The notes: generated by a model not told the origin, from the sequence alone. Positions 9,972-20,039 are shown, counted from the first letter of the stretch. The stretch is 56,141 nucleotides of DNA from an uncultured Phycisphaeraceae bacterium (GCA_964448185.1 CAYUVO010000004.1:1-56141), one strand, 5' to 3'. Numbers and translations are program-made.

Positions 9972-12900
9972 TTACTTGCCGCCGCGATCGGACTCGTCAT
10001 CCTGGAAGAAGAACCCGAAGGGGAACCCTCCGCCGCCGATGTCATCGGTGTTGTAGATGTACTGCGCGTCGAGCGCCTTGGCGATGAGTGACTCGGCCTC
10101 GGAGAGGTGAGCCCTCGAGTACGCGTCGAGCTTGCGGGCCTTGTTGCCTTTGAGCACGCCGCCGATACGTTCGTGGAGATCACGAAGCTGCATCGTTGCG
10201 AGGTTGCCGATCGGCTTGTGCGCGGCGCTGAATCCGCCGGGCATGGTCAGGTCGATCAGACGTTCGAGATGCTCACGCTGCAGGTTGCGACGTAGACTCG
10301 AAATCATCGGCTCGCGGTTGGTATATGAACTCCGCGGCTCGGACTGGATCTCGGTCCAGATCGAACCCGACACCGTGTCGAGCACCTCGGCGAGTGTGAT
10401 CGCATCGTCTTCTGCAGGCACGCGGAACTCGTTGTCGTAGACGCGTTGGAGCGTCTGCGGGTTGAGCACCATGGTCAGCGCCGCCGCTTGCACGCCCAGG
10501 ATTCTGTCGTGGACGGGCCACGTGGCATCGGACATCACGTCGCCGCCCGCGTCCCACCACTTGTCCACGGTCATGTGGGAGAGCAGCTCGGGCGTCAGCT
10601 CGTAGGCCTCGTCGCGGAAGGTGTTGTGGATGACGAAGTTGAGCGCTTCACGCTGGCGATCGGCATCGACGACCTCGATCGGTGCGCGATCGTTGTCGCC
10701 CTTGAGATCGCGGTAGACGTACGCGCCGCCGAGCCAGTTCGCCATCATGCTGTTGGCACGAACTTGCAGCCCGAGCGTGATGGCATACCCGCGACGGGCG
10801 CGTGCCCAGCTCTCGCCCTCCTTGACAAACTTGTCGAGGATCTGCTCACGGAGCTTGCCCGCCAGGGCGATCTGCTCGTTGGCATATTCGAGGGGGTTCG
10901 AGGACATGTCGTACCGACGCGCACGCGGGTCGGGTCCCCAGGTGTCTTCGTCGGTCGCGTAGACGAACTCGGGTTCGCCGACGTGCTCGAAGACTTCCTG
11001 CGATTCCTTGTCGTTGGCGCCGTAGCCGAACTGGATCGCCCAGAGGTCATAGGGGCCGATGTCGATCACGGAGTAATCGCCCTGTTCTTCACCCGAGTTG
11101 ATGCGGATGTTCGTGCCGTTGTAATCCATCACGGACACCGACCACGAGGTCTTGCCCTTGAGTTCATCAGAGTTGATCTCGTCGAGCGTATAGATGGTTG
11201 AACCCGCGAAGTTATGACGCAGGCCCAAGGTGTGGCCGGCCTCGTGCGCGACGAGTTCGCGGAGCCCGGGCCCGATGAACCACGCGGGGATGCCGTCGAG
11301 GAGTTGGTCCTCGGGAGATTCGGGTTCTTCGGGCGTGTCGCCCTCGTCACCGTCATCGCCTTCGTCCTCATCGTCGTCGGCATCTTCGTCTTCGTCCTCG
11401 GGATCGGCAACGCCCGCAGCTTCGATCCGCGCGAGCATCTCAGGCGGGATCATGCCCTCGGGGATCTCGCCCGAAGCAAGTTTCTCCCTGAGCGCTTCGA
11501 TCATCTCCTCGGGGATCTCGGGGTCATCGGACCCCGAATCGGAGAGATCGGCGGTCATCGCCGCTTCAATGAGCATGCGCATGATGGACATGTCGAACGC
11601 CTTGCCCGCTGCCGCGGTACACATGCCGTTGGTCTGGCTGACGCGGCCCGAGAGGCCGTCGTACAGGTCATCGCCGATGAACTGCGGGTCGGCGTTGAAC
11701 GCCGCGTGGCCGCCGCCAGCCTGGCGCGAAGTCATCGCGATCTCGCGCGCCACACGGGCACGATCAGACGGTGCCGCCATGCGAACGCGCGGGTCCCACT
11801 TGGGATTGCGTCCGAGCCATTCGAGTTGATCGGGGCTCATGCCTTCGACCGCAAGCTCGGGGATCAGCTCGTTGTAGCGGTACCAGAACGCCCGGATCCA
11901 GCCGTCGGTCAGCACGATGTCAGCGTCAAGAATCTGTCCCGTTCGCGGGTCAACGCGGCTCGGGCCGATCGCGGTGCCGATGTCATTCGACAACCACCGC
12001 ACAAAGTTGAACCGGCGATCCTCGGGATCCTTCTCCATGTGCGCACCGGTGGTCGCGTCCTGCTGACGCACCTCGATCGCGCCGGTGATGCCGACCTTCT
12101 CATAGGCACGGTTCCAGCTTTCAAGCCCCTCGCGGACAAATCGGCGGTACCGCACCGGAGTCGTGTGCTCGATATAGAACACGATCGGCTCTTTGGGCGG
12201 GCTCATCTTCAGGCTCGGATCGGCCTTCTCGATCTTCCAGCGGTTGATGTACCGAACCCATTTCTTGCCGATCTCGAACTCGCCCAGATCGCGATAGGTC
12301 GTCGTGAAATACCCGATGCGCGGATCGGCCTTGCGCGGCTGGTACCCGGTGTTCTCGGGGATCACGCTGATCGAATAGTGGAACGTGCGGAGCTGACCGC
12401 CCGCGACGGGCATTTCCAGCGCGACCTCGATGTTCTCCGGGAAGGCTTTGGCGGTCGCGATCTTCATCAGCGACGTGTTGGCGCCGCGCGCCTGGTACCC
12501 AAAGAATGTTGAAGCTTGGCCGCCCAACAGAGCGTCGAGGTCGATCACCGGCTGGCCGCCAGGCCCGATCGCAACAATCGGAACACTCGTAATCACACGG
12601 TCAGTGAACAGCCTTTCGACGCTGTCCTTCGACTGCTGATCGCCGGTCGAACGGGTGGCGATCTCGGGAGCGATCAGGGCCATTTTGTCGTCGTAGCGAC
12701 GCCAGTAGACATAGCTATCGCCGCTCTGGAGACCCGCGAACAGGTCGCCGCTGGCGACGGTCGTTGCAATGAAGTGCTTCTGCCTCGCATACCCGGCGGG
12801 GAGTTCGGCGAGCATCTGCCCGTCCTTGTTGCGCCTCCACAGCGTGTACAGGCTCGACGAGCCGTCAGCCGTCGACACGACCTTGGTGTAGCCCTCGGAG

Positions 12901-13148
12901 ACATCTTTGAAGTCGGGGAAGTCCTTCTTGGCATCCCCACCTCCGCCGCCGCCCTTGCCCGCCATCATGCTTCGGATGGCGGAAAAATCGAGCTGAACGG
13001 TTCCGTCGGGCATCAGCGTACCGGTGACGGTCTGCGGGTCGGACGTGGTCGGGTCATTGGGCATGGTGCCCGCGGCTGTGGCAACGGCCAGCACGGCCCC
13101 GCCCGCGGCGAACGCCGCAACACTTCTCAAAAGCTGTCGGGTTGTCAT
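9972..13148 (-). CDS. Secreted zinc-dependent metalloprotease (zincin; DUF5117/DUF4953-like)
   Basis: HEAGHTLGLRHNF motif. ATG 13148 has AGGAG 6 nt upstream and a signal-like MTTRQLLRSVAAFAAGGAVLAVATAAG. An acidic insert DPEDEDEDADDDEDEGDDGDEGD lies just before the HExxH motif. Confidence 0.8.
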   Translation of the reverse strand: MTTRQLLRSVAAFAAGGAVLAVATAAGTMPNDPTTSDPQTVTGTLMPDGTVQLDFSAIRSMMAGKGGGGGGDAKKDFPDFKDVSEGYTKVVSTADGSSSLYTLWRRNKDGQMLAELPAGYARQKHFIATTVASGDLFAGLQSGDSYVYWRRYDDKMALIAPEIATRSTGDQQSKDSVERLFTDRVITSVPIVAIGPGGQPVIDLDALLGGQASTFFGYQARGANTSLMKIATAKAFPENIEVALEMPVAGGQLRTFHYSISVIPENTGYQPRKADPRIGYFTTTYRDLGEFEIGKKWVRYINRWKIEKADPSLKMSPPKEPIVFYIEHTTPVRYRRFVREGLESWNRAYEKVGITGAIEVRQQDATTGAHMEKDPEDRRFNFVRWLSNDIGTAIGPSRVDPRTGQILDADIVLTDGWIRAFWYRYNELIPELAVEGMSPDQLEWLGRNPKWDPRVRMAAPSDRARVAREIAMTSRQAGGGHAAFNADPQFIGDDLYDGLSGRVSQTNGMCTAAAGKAFDMSIMRMLIEAAMTADLSDSGSDDPEIPEEMIEALREKLASGEIPEGMIPPEMLARIEAAGVADPEDEDEDADDDEDEGDDGDEGDTPEEPESPEDQLLDGIPAWFIGPGLRELVAHEAGHTLGLRHNFAGSTIYTLDEINSDELKGKTSWSVSVMDYNGTNIRINSGEEQGDYSVIDIGPYDLWAIQFGYGANDKESQEVFEHVGEPEFVYATDEDTWGPDPRARRYDMSSNPLEYANEQIALAGKLREQILDKFVKEGESWARARRGYAITLGLQVRANSMMANWLGGAYVYRDLKGDNDRAPIEVVDADRQREALNFVIHNTFRDEAYELTPELLSHMTVDKWWDAGGDVMSDATWPVHDRILGVQAAALTMVLNPQTLQRVYDNEFRVPAEDDAITLAEVLDTVSGSIWTEIQSEPRSSYTNREPMISSLRRNLQREHLERLIDLTMPGGFSAAHKPIGNLATMQLRDLHERIGGVLKGNKARKLDAYSRAHLSEAESLIAKALDAQYIYNTDDIGGGGFPFGFFFQDDESDRGGK

Positions 13149-13338
13149 CGGTACTCCTTTTCGGCGTTCCACGCCGGGCTCTAAGACCAAGAGGGTCTTC
13201 ATCTGTGGTCTTCATTTCAAGGGACACCGCGCACGCTGTCCCAGCTTGACAGAATAGCAAGAACAGCCAACCCAATGCACGATTTCATCGATCTGGCATC
13301 GATCTGACCGCCACCCATCGTCGAGAGCCAACCCGCAC

Positions 13339-14403
13339 TCAGACGCCGGGATCGGCGCCGCCGAGGCGGAAGGCCGCGACCAGTCCCAGCGTCAACAGCA
13401 CAAACGTGGCTGCCGAGACCTGGAACGGGCGGTCATGGAACGCCAGTTCGGTGGGATCGTCGTAGGTTCCCTGTTCCAGCAAGACGATACAGCGGAGCAG
13501 GCCGTATGTTGCCGGAATGATGGTCAGCCAGAGCAAGTTGAGCCCCGGGATTTCCCTTTGGATATTCTGGTCAAACAAGTCAGTAAAAGCTATAAAGTCT
13601 TGCTGGGATTGAATATACGACGCATAGGTAAGCAGCGTCGCCACCCCGGTGACCACCACCGTCATGCGAAGAAGTTCGAGGGTGTACTTGCGTTGGACGA
13701 GGCGAATCTGTCCCGCGTCGTCGCCCATTGCTCGACGCTCACCCAGTCGTTTCCCAAACGACAAGAACATCGCAAGGAACAACGTCACATTGAGCAGCCA
13801 CGCACTCGGCCAGATGCCCACCGCTACGCATCCACCAAACACACGAAGAACAAATCCAATACTCAACCCGAGTACGTCCGCGATCCGAATCCGCTTGAGC
13901 CATACTGAATAGAGAGTTACGTTGAGCGCATAGGCGATCACCGCACCCGCGACCCACCACACGCCGGGCTGACCGACCGCAACGAGCAGCCCCAACCCGA
14001 TCACCCCCACTACCGCTGCGAACATCCATGCCTGAGCCGGGCTGACGACCCCGCAGGCGACAGGCCGAAACTTCTTTCGAGGGTGATGACGGTCCCGTGG
14101 AGCATCGAGGATGTCGTTCATCGCATAGCAAGCGCTCGACACCAGCGCAAACGAGGCGGCTGCCGCGAGGGCGGCGATCACGGCTCGCATGGGCGAGAGG
14201 GCGATATCCGCCATGCCGTACATCGGGCCGAGGAGCACAAAGCCGCTCTTGGTCCACTGATGGGGGCGTGCGAGCTTGAGAAAGCCGTGCGCGAGCGACC
14301 TCGGGGGCCGCTTGGTGGTCGGCGTAACTTCAGGTGGGGTTGGCGGCTTCGGCTCTGAGCTCACGTCATCATCTCCAAAGAGCGTCGTCTCATGGACCAC
14401 CAT
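13339..14403 (-). CDS. UbiA-family prenyltransferase, decaprenyl-phosphate phosphoribosyltransferase-like
   Basis: LARPHQWTKSGFVLLGP start block and NDILDAPRDRHHPRKKFRPVACG (NDxxDxxxD) as in Rv3806c-type enzymes. Polytopic membrane protein. Confidence 0.75.
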   Translation of the reverse strand: MVVHETTLFGDDDVSSEPKPPTPPEVTPTTKRPPRSLAHGFLKLARPHQWTKSGFVLLGPMYGMADIALSPMRAVIAALAAAASFALVSSACYAMNDILDAPRDRHHPRKKFRPVACGVVSPAQAWMFAAVVGVIGLGLLVAVGQPGVWWVAGAVIAYALNVTLYSVWLKRIRIADVLGLSIGFVLRVFGGCVAVGIWPSAWLLNVTLFLAMFLSFGKRLGERRAMGDDAGQIRLVQRKYTLELLRMTVVVTGVATLLTYASYIQSQQDFIAFTDLFDQNIQREIPGLNLLWLTIIPATYGLLRCIVLLEQGTYDDPTELAFHDRPFQVSAATFVLLTLGLVAAFRLGGADPGV

Positions 14404-14557
14404 CGGACGCTTGGCGTGTATTTGGGCATGGATAGAGGGATTTCTCTATGAGAAACGTGCCTGATCGAACGCTGGTTCGTGCGATGAGTACGAGATGGCG
14501 TAGATCGAGAGCGATTCGCAAGCCGCCAGCCTCTCGATCAGCCGATGAAGACCCCCA

Positions 14558-15988
14558 GTGCCATTGCCCGTGACCCCCAAGACCAGAGCTTCGTGGCCCA
14601 TCGCTCTGGTGATGATGGCGGTGGTGCTGGTTTCCTCAGCGTGGCCCATCGCAACCGATTGGCTCGTGGGCCGGGCCGCGTTCGACCATCTTCATTACCA
14701 CCTGCCCGCGATCGAGCGGTTCGTGGCCGAGCTGCCCGCAGCGGATCTCGTGGACTACGCCTCCGCGACCACGCCCGGGTATCACCTGCTGGTTGCTGCG
14801 GCTGGCCGGGCGTTACAAGCGAACCCGATAGGTCTTCGCTGGCTCGGGCTCGCCTTCACGCTTGCTCTGATTGGGTGGGTGTCGGGCTGGCTCGGGAAGA
14901 GGGTGGGCTGGGCAGCGGTGGCAATCACGCTCCCGATGGCGGGTTCGTTGTATGTCTATTCGTCGGGCGTGTGGCTGCTCCCCGACAACGCGGGCTGGCT
15001 CGGCGTGTGGGCGGTGCTGGTGATGTTGCTGAGTCCAGCGCGAGGCTCGGTGCTCCGCTGGATGGCAATCGCATTCGCTCTGACGCTGCTCGTGCTCGCG
15101 CGGCAGATACACCTGTGGGCACTCGGTCCGGTCATGGTCGCAGCCTGGCTCGACGCCTCAAAAATTACGAGCGATGCTCAACCCCTGAGCATTCGTGAGA
15201 GCGCCCGAGTCTTGAAGCCGACGTGGAGCCGAGTTCGAGCGTGCGCACGGGCGTTGCTCTTGGGCTTGCCGGCGATCGCGGTGCTCGGTGCATTCGTGAT
15301 GATGTGGGGCGGGCTCGTGCCTCCAAGGTTTGCTGAGTTTCATGCGAGCCGAGGAAGTCTCTCGGCAGGGGCGTTCTTCTTGTCGTTGTTCGCCGGATTC
15401 GGCGTGTTCTTTATCGCGTGGTGGTGGGAGGGATTCATCACGCTTGTGCGCACAAGGCGCGGACTTCTGATCGCGGCGTTGTCGATGGGCGTGCTCGCAG
15501 CGGTGCTGCCGCAGACCGATTACAGCGTCGAGCAAGGTCGCTACGGCGCGCTGTGGTCGGTGGCCGATCGAATGCCAACGGTGGCGCATCGTTCGCTGCT
15601 CATCGCGCTGATGGCGCCCGTCGGTGCGGTGATGCTTGCCTCGTGGTTGATCTTGTTGGACGTGCGATCGCGGTGGATCATGCTCGCAGCATGCGCCGGG
15701 TTTGTTGCAGCGAGCAGCACCAACTCCATCGCGGGCCAGCGGTACTACGAGCCGATGGTGCTGATGGTTTTGGCGATGCTCGCCGGTCAGCACTCGCTAC
15801 ACGCCGAGCCGCGCGCTCAACCCCGCCGAACCCGGATGCTCGCATGGGTTGGTCCTGCGTTGCTAGGCGTTATTCTTGCTGCGCTCACCGTGGTCACGCT
15901 GAGCCGAAGTGCCACACTGGTCTATCCCGATCAGCCCAAGGGCACCGCGCCGATGCAAGTCTCTGTTATCGCGTCGCCGCAGGGCTGA
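14558..15988 (+). CDS. Polytopic membrane protein, GT-C-fold glycosyltransferase-like
   Basis: 476 aa, at least 10 hydrophobic segments. The first loop carries FDHLHYHLP, resembling the GT-C acidic loop motif. GTG start. Assignment is by architecture only. Confidence 0.45.
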   Translation: MPLPVTPKTRASWPIALVMMAVVLVSSAWPIATDWLVGRAAFDHLHYHLPAIERFVAELPAADLVDYASATTPGYHLLVAAAGRALQANPIGLRWLGLAFTLALIGWVSGWLGKRVGWAAVAITLPMAGSLYVYSSGVWLLPDNAGWLGVWAVLVMLLSPARGSVLRWMAIAFALTLLVLARQIHLWALGPVMVAAWLDASKITSDAQPLSIRESARVLKPTWSRVRACARALLLGLPAIAVLGAFVMMWGGLVPPRFAEFHASRGSLSAGAFFLSLFAGFGVFFIAWWWEGFITLVRTRRGLLIAALSMGVLAAVLPQTDYSVEQGRYGALWSVADRMPTVAHRSLLIALMAPVGAVMLASWLILLDVRSRWIMLAACAGFVAASSTNSIAGQRYYEPMVLMVLAMLAGQHSLHAEPRAQPRRTRMLAWVGPALLGVILAALTVVTLSRSATLVYPDQPKGTAPMQVSVIASPQG

Positions 15989-17060
15989 TGGTCATCGTCA
16001 CTGCGCGGTGGCGGAGTCCTTCGATCGCAATCGTCGAGTGCGAGATGGGTTGCCAGTCGTCGCTCACATAGAACAGATCTATGGGCCACAACGATCGGGG
16101 GGAGGGGAATGTTGCCGAGGGTCCGATGCCCACGCTCGATGAGACTTCGCGCAGGTGCAACTGGTCGGTCATCGGCGTAAGCGCTCGTGACCACCGCGGC
16201 GTGTTGAAATCTCCCAGCACCACATCGGGCAGCGGAAAGCGTGCGCCAGACATCGAGCTTCGCTGGTGGTTCTCGTCGATCGTGTAGGCGATGCCTCTCC
16301 ATGCGTCGATCGCTTCGAGCGTGCGTTTGACCGCGAGCGTGCGCGAAATCTGGATGGGCGAGGGCAGATCAACCACCCAGACTACGATCGGGTCTGCGTC
16401 AGGAGTTTGAGGCTCAAGCTCGAACCACGCAGCCCAGCCCGATTTGGGTTGCCCGTCTTTGGGCCACACGTCGTCGAAGTTTACCCAGGTCTGCGCATAG
16501 CGACGGATCGGCAGGCGGGACATCACGGCACAGCGCCCGATGATCGCTGCATCTCGCTCGTCGGATTCGCTGCGGACCCATGCCCACGCGGGTTCGAGGT
16601 CCGCGTTGAACACGCGGTTGGTAACGACGAGCACATCGACTTGTTTATCGAGCGTTGGCCAGTGGGTGACTTCTTGTGCCGAGAGATTGACCGAAGCGAA
16701 CCGCAGATCGTCCGCAGCGTGCGCACGTTGCGAAGTGAAAGCCCGGTGCAGGTTCCAGTCCATTGCGGTTTTGACGCCGAGTGCGAGCATGACGAGCGTT
16801 GCTAGCCAGAGGGTCTTGCGCGTTCTACGCCGCGAGGACTTGTATATCAGCCAGCCCATCCCCACGAGCACAAGAACAACAAGAAACACCCACTCGACGC
16901 CCACCCACGCGGCCCACTGGATCGCGGCCCATCGCTCGGCGTACATCCGAGCGAACAGCCACACGCAACTGAACACAATGGCAACCGCACACAGCACGCG
17001 CGCGAACGTCCGAGATCTGCGATTGCGGAGCCTGCGAGTTGTACCGGACCTACGCGACAT
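15966..17060 (-). CDS. Membrane-anchored endonuclease/exonuclease/phosphatase (EEP) family protein (VanJ-like architecture)
   Basis: Three N-terminal TM segments, then VLVVTN...VVLGDFNTPRWS...WPIDLFYVSDDW, typical of EEP folds. The 3' end overlaps the convergent GT-C gene by 23 nt. Confidence 0.7.
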   Translation of the reverse strand: MSRRSGTTRRLRNRRSRTFARVLCAVAIVFSCVWLFARMYAERWAAIQWAAWVGVEWVFLVVLVLVGMGWLIYKSSRRRTRKTLWLATLVMLALGVKTAMDWNLHRAFTSQRAHAADDLRFASVNLSAQEVTHWPTLDKQVDVLVVTNRVFNADLEPAWAWVRSESDERDAAIIGRCAVMSRLPIRRYAQTWVNFDDVWPKDGQPKSGWAAWFELEPQTPDADPIVVWVVDLPSPIQISRTLAVKRTLEAIDAWRGIAYTIDENHQRSSMSGARFPLPDVVLGDFNTPRWSRALTPMTDQLHLREVSSSVGIGPSATFPSPRSLWPIDLFYVSDDWQPISHSTIAIEGLRHRAVTMTISPAATR

Positions 17061-17082
17061 GGCTTTGAGAGCCTACCACGGG

Positions 17083-17110
17083 TGAAGATCGAAAAAATCA
17101 CCGCCGATGA
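17083..17110 (+). promoter_or_regulatory. Sigma28 (FliA)-like promoter candidate
   Basis: TGAAGATC-N12-GCCGATGA versus consensus TAAAGTTT-N11-GCCGATAA. It sits 38 nt upstream of the flagellin ATG. Confidence 0.35.
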
Positions 17111-17147
17111 TGAAGTCAGTCCAACACAGCGCCGACACCCCAGATAT

Positions 17148-17915
17148 ATGCAACTCCACTCACTCTCGGGTTCAAGTTTCGGTCTCTCGGCACTCAATCG
17201 CGCAAGCGAGGCCATTGATATTGCCCTCGAACAGCTCGCCACCGGCACGCGGATCAATCGCGCAAGCGATGATCCCAGCGGCATCGTCGCCCTCGCGGCG
17301 TTCAACGCAGAACTCGCTGGCATCGAGGGCTCGATCGACGGTTTGCTGCGCACCGACGCGAGGCTCAGCGCACAAGAAGGCGCGCTGAGCGAGGTGAGCG
17401 ATCTGACGATCAAACTCGAAGGCCTGATCGTCTCGGCAGCGGGCGGGTTCCGTTCGCCCGATGAGCTCGCTGCGATGCAGCTCGAGGCCGACAGCATCAT
17501 CAATGCCATCGATCAGCTCGGAGGCTCCTCGTCGTTCAACGGGCAACCGTTGCTTGAGGGCTATTCGTCGAGCGATCTGGGCTTGCGGCCTGAAGGTGGG
17601 TTCGATCTCATCAACGGCGATCTCGAAGCTCTCTCTACTGTCGCGGGCGATGCACGCCAGAGCGTCGCAACCTCGCGTGCACAGATCGGCAGCGAGCAGC
17701 GCGGCATCGAGACGGACATCTCACGCAAGCTCACGCAGTTCGAGGAGGTTTCAAAGGCCGCCTCGCTCCTCGGGGACACGGACTATGCCAAGACGTCGAG
17801 CGAGCTGATCCGAGCACAGGTGCTCCAGCAGGCCACGATCCAGACCATGCTGATCCATCGCCAGAGTGCCGAGGGCACCCTCAAGCTGCTCAGCGGGCTG
17901 ACCGAGAACCAATGA
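17148..17915 (+). CDS. Flagellin / flagellin-family (FliC or FlgL-like) protein, short form
   Basis: N-terminal LATGTRINRASDDPSG and C-terminal LGDTDYAKTSSELIRAQVLQQATIQTML match flagellin N and C signatures. The ATG at 17148 was chosen because the longer ORF start lies upstream of the promoter candidate. Confidence 0.8.
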   Translation: MQLHSLSGSSFGLSALNRASEAIDIALEQLATGTRINRASDDPSGIVALAAFNAELAGIEGSIDGLLRTDARLSAQEGALSEVSDLTIKLEGLIVSAAGGFRSPDELAAMQLEADSIINAIDQLGGSSSFNGQPLLEGYSSSDLGLRPEGGFDLINGDLEALSTVAGDARQSVATSRAQIGSEQRGIETDISRKLTQFEEVSKAASLLGDTDYAKTSSELIRAQVLQQATIQTMLIHRQSAEGTLKLLSGLTENQ

Positions 17916-17968
17916 GGGCAGCGCCAGCGGGCCTGACCGTACCGCTCGACCTGTAGGGAAAGTCTGAT

Positions 17969-19069
17969 TCACTCAACGGCTTCTGGGCTCGCAACGCATA
18001 CCCGCGACAGCACGCCCTCCCAGCGGTCCGCCCAAGCCTCTGCGCCGTAGGGGCCTGCCAGAGCCCGTGAACGCCTGCCCAGCTCGGGGGCGATCGCTCG
18101 GCGGTCGTGAATCCATCGCAACGCTTCGGCCAGCGCACCGGCATCGTCCGTGGGAGTGACCACGCCGTTGTAGTAGGTGCGCACCACATCGAGATGGGCG
18201 CTGCACGCCTCGGTACACACGATGGGCAAACCCGCAAACCCGGCTTCGGCGAGCACCGTTCCCCAAGGCTCATACCGGCTTGATATCACCATCGCACCGC
18301 TCTGGGCCATGATGCCCGGGAGCTCGTCGGGCTGGGTAAACCCGCGATCAGTGTGGCCTTCGAGTCCCTCGAATCGACGGGATTCCTCGCCCTTGCCACA
18401 GGTGGTCAGCGTCCAAGGGGTCTGTCCATCGCGTTGGCATCGGTCGCGGTACCGCTGGTAGGCATCGACGAGCACATCGAGTCCTTTGACCGCTGCGTAT
18501 CGGCCTACATAGAGAAAGTTTGCGGGCCACTGGTCGAGCGAAGCGCGCTGGGCGATGGCGGTCTCGAACGCGGCGCCGTCGACGCTGTAGACGCCACGGG
18601 TAAGGATTGATTCTGAGAAGCCGAGGGTTTGTGCGAGGCGGTGGGTGCGTTCACCCGCGACGACGCAGTGGTCGAAGCGTTTGAAGTAGGAGCGTTTGGC
18701 CACGCCTCCGAGCCGCTGGCGGATGGTGCCCGAGAAGGGCGTGTCCATGGTCATGATGAACTTGGCCGAGGCCAGCGCGGGGTCTTGGGCGACGGTCGGG
18801 TAGCTGGGCGAACCCCAGCCACAGAGCACGACGACGTCTGGTTTTTGGTCTCGGACGATCTTTGAGAGGCGTTCGGGGTCGTCCATCTGGGCTTGAGTGA
18901 GCAGTTCGCAGTCGATGCCGTCCATGATGCCGGTGGTGAACTCGACCGCCGAGCCGCTCTCGGGTCTGCGTGCGACCACGAAGACCTCGACCCCGTCGCG
19001 CTGGGAGAGGGCTCGCCAGCACGCAGCCATATATCCCGACATCATCTGCCAACAAAAAACAACACGCAT
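17969..19069 (-). CDS. Glycosyltransferase family 4 (GT-B)
   Basis: MRVVFCWQ start and C-terminal SRYEPWGTVLAEAGFAGLPIVCTEA (E-x7-E region). Confidence 0.8.
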   Translation of the reverse strand: MRVVFCWQMMSGYMAACWRALSQRDGVEVFVVARRPESGSAVEFTTGIMDGIDCELLTQAQMDDPERLSKIVRDQKPDVVVLCGWGSPSYPTVAQDPALASAKFIMTMDTPFSGTIRQRLGGVAKRSYFKRFDHCVVAGERTHRLAQTLGFSESILTRGVYSVDGAAFETAIAQRASLDQWPANFLYVGRYAAVKGLDVLVDAYQRYRDRCQRDGQTPWTLTTCGKGEESRRFEGLEGHTDRGFTQPDELPGIMAQSGAMVISSRYEPWGTVLAEAGFAGLPIVCTEACSAHLDVVRTYYNGVVTPTDDAGALAEALRWIHDRRAIAPELGRRSRALAGPYGAEAWADRWEGVLSRVCVASPEAVE

Positions 19070-19303
19070 AGGAGCGACGATAGGGGACTCTTCTGATGCG
19101 TGTCTTCATGGCCAACGAGCAACATGTGCGCTATCAGGGTGCCGACGGCGGATAAATAACCCCTGTGTACCGAGCTTGAAGGACAAAACCTTATAAAAAC
19201 CTCCGCTTTGGTGGTTATTGGTGTCCGATAGGTCACGCTGAAGATGCTGGGTGCTCTTGGAGTGCCATATTTGTGGGCGGACGAAATGAAGAGGGGATAT
19301 CTC

Positions 19304-19930
19304 ATGCGTCGAACTGCTGCTCTTACGTTACTGCTTGCGGGTGCTCTGCCCGCAGCTGCCGGGCCCACTGTCGTGCTCTTTGAGAGCTTCGAGAGCCTGT
19401 CCACCGACAATTTCTACACCGTCATGGGTGGCGGCCAGATCGTCACCGATGCAGCGACTTGGACCGTGGGTGAAACCTCGATCGATATCGTCGGAACGTA
19501 CGGAATTCAGGCTCCCAAGGTGATCGCAAGCGATGGCGACATCGTTCTCGACATCAACGGCTCGCCCGGACCAGGCTCGATCGAAACCCTCGTCACGCTC
19601 GATGAAGGCAGTCAGTACGAGCTGAGCTTCGAGTATGGCCATTTGCTGATCTCCGACTGGGCGACCATGCTCGTCGAGGTGTTCGGCGATGATGACAACG
19701 TGCTGTTGTCTTGGGAAGTCTTCCACCAGGGTGGCGAGACCTCGACCTTCAGCCAGACGTTTTTGGCCGACAGCACCGCTGCCACGCTCAAGTTCACCGG
19801 TCTTGATGCCACCAACATCAACGGCGGCGTGACGATCGATGCGATCCAGATCGTGGGCGTTATTCCGACCCCTGCAGCGGCCTCGTTGCTGGGTGTTGCT
19901 GGCCTCGCCGGTCTGCGTCGCCGCCGCTGA
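19304..19930 (+). CDS. Secreted protein with PEP-CTERM-like anchor
   Basis: Signal peptide MRRTAALTLLLAGALPAAAG. C-terminus VIPTPAAASLLGVAGLAGLRRRR (P-x-P, TM, Arg cluster). The beta-rich middle resembles DUF642-like sugar-binding folds (weak). Confidence 0.65.
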   Translation: MRRTAALTLLLAGALPAAAGPTVVLFESFESLSTDNFYTVMGGGQIVTDAATWTVGETSIDIVGTYGIQAPKVIASDGDIVLDINGSPGPGSIETLVTLDEGSQYELSFEYGHLLISDWATMLVEVFGDDDNVLLSWEVFHQGGETSTFSQTFLADSTAATLKFTGLDATNINGGVTIDAIQIVGVIPTPAAASLLGVAGLAGLRRRR

Positions 19931-20002
19931 TCGCATCTGATTCGCGGCTGGCCAGACGCCAAGAGACGCTGGTCGATGCAGATAAAAATGTAGAGATCTC
20001 TT

Positions 20003-20039
20003 GTGGCACGGGTTGATCGCCCGTGCCACTTGTTGTTTT
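20003..20039 (+). terminator. Rho-independent terminator
   Basis: Perfect 10-bp stem GTGGCACGGG-ttgatcg-CCCGTGCCAC followed by TTGTTGTTTT. Confidence 0.8.

Noticed and set aside
11214-12512. 432-aa plus-strand ORF (with 10446-11201 and 12516-13184)
   Set aside because: It is antisense to the zincin protease gene, which carries the HEAGHTLGLRHNF motif. It has no motifs of its own.
17082-17147. Upstream extension of the flagellin ORF (GTG 17082)
   Set aside because: It would place the start upstream of the sigma28-like promoter and add a non-flagellin-like leader. The ATG at 17148 gives a sensible flagellin N-terminus, although no clear RBS is visible for it either.
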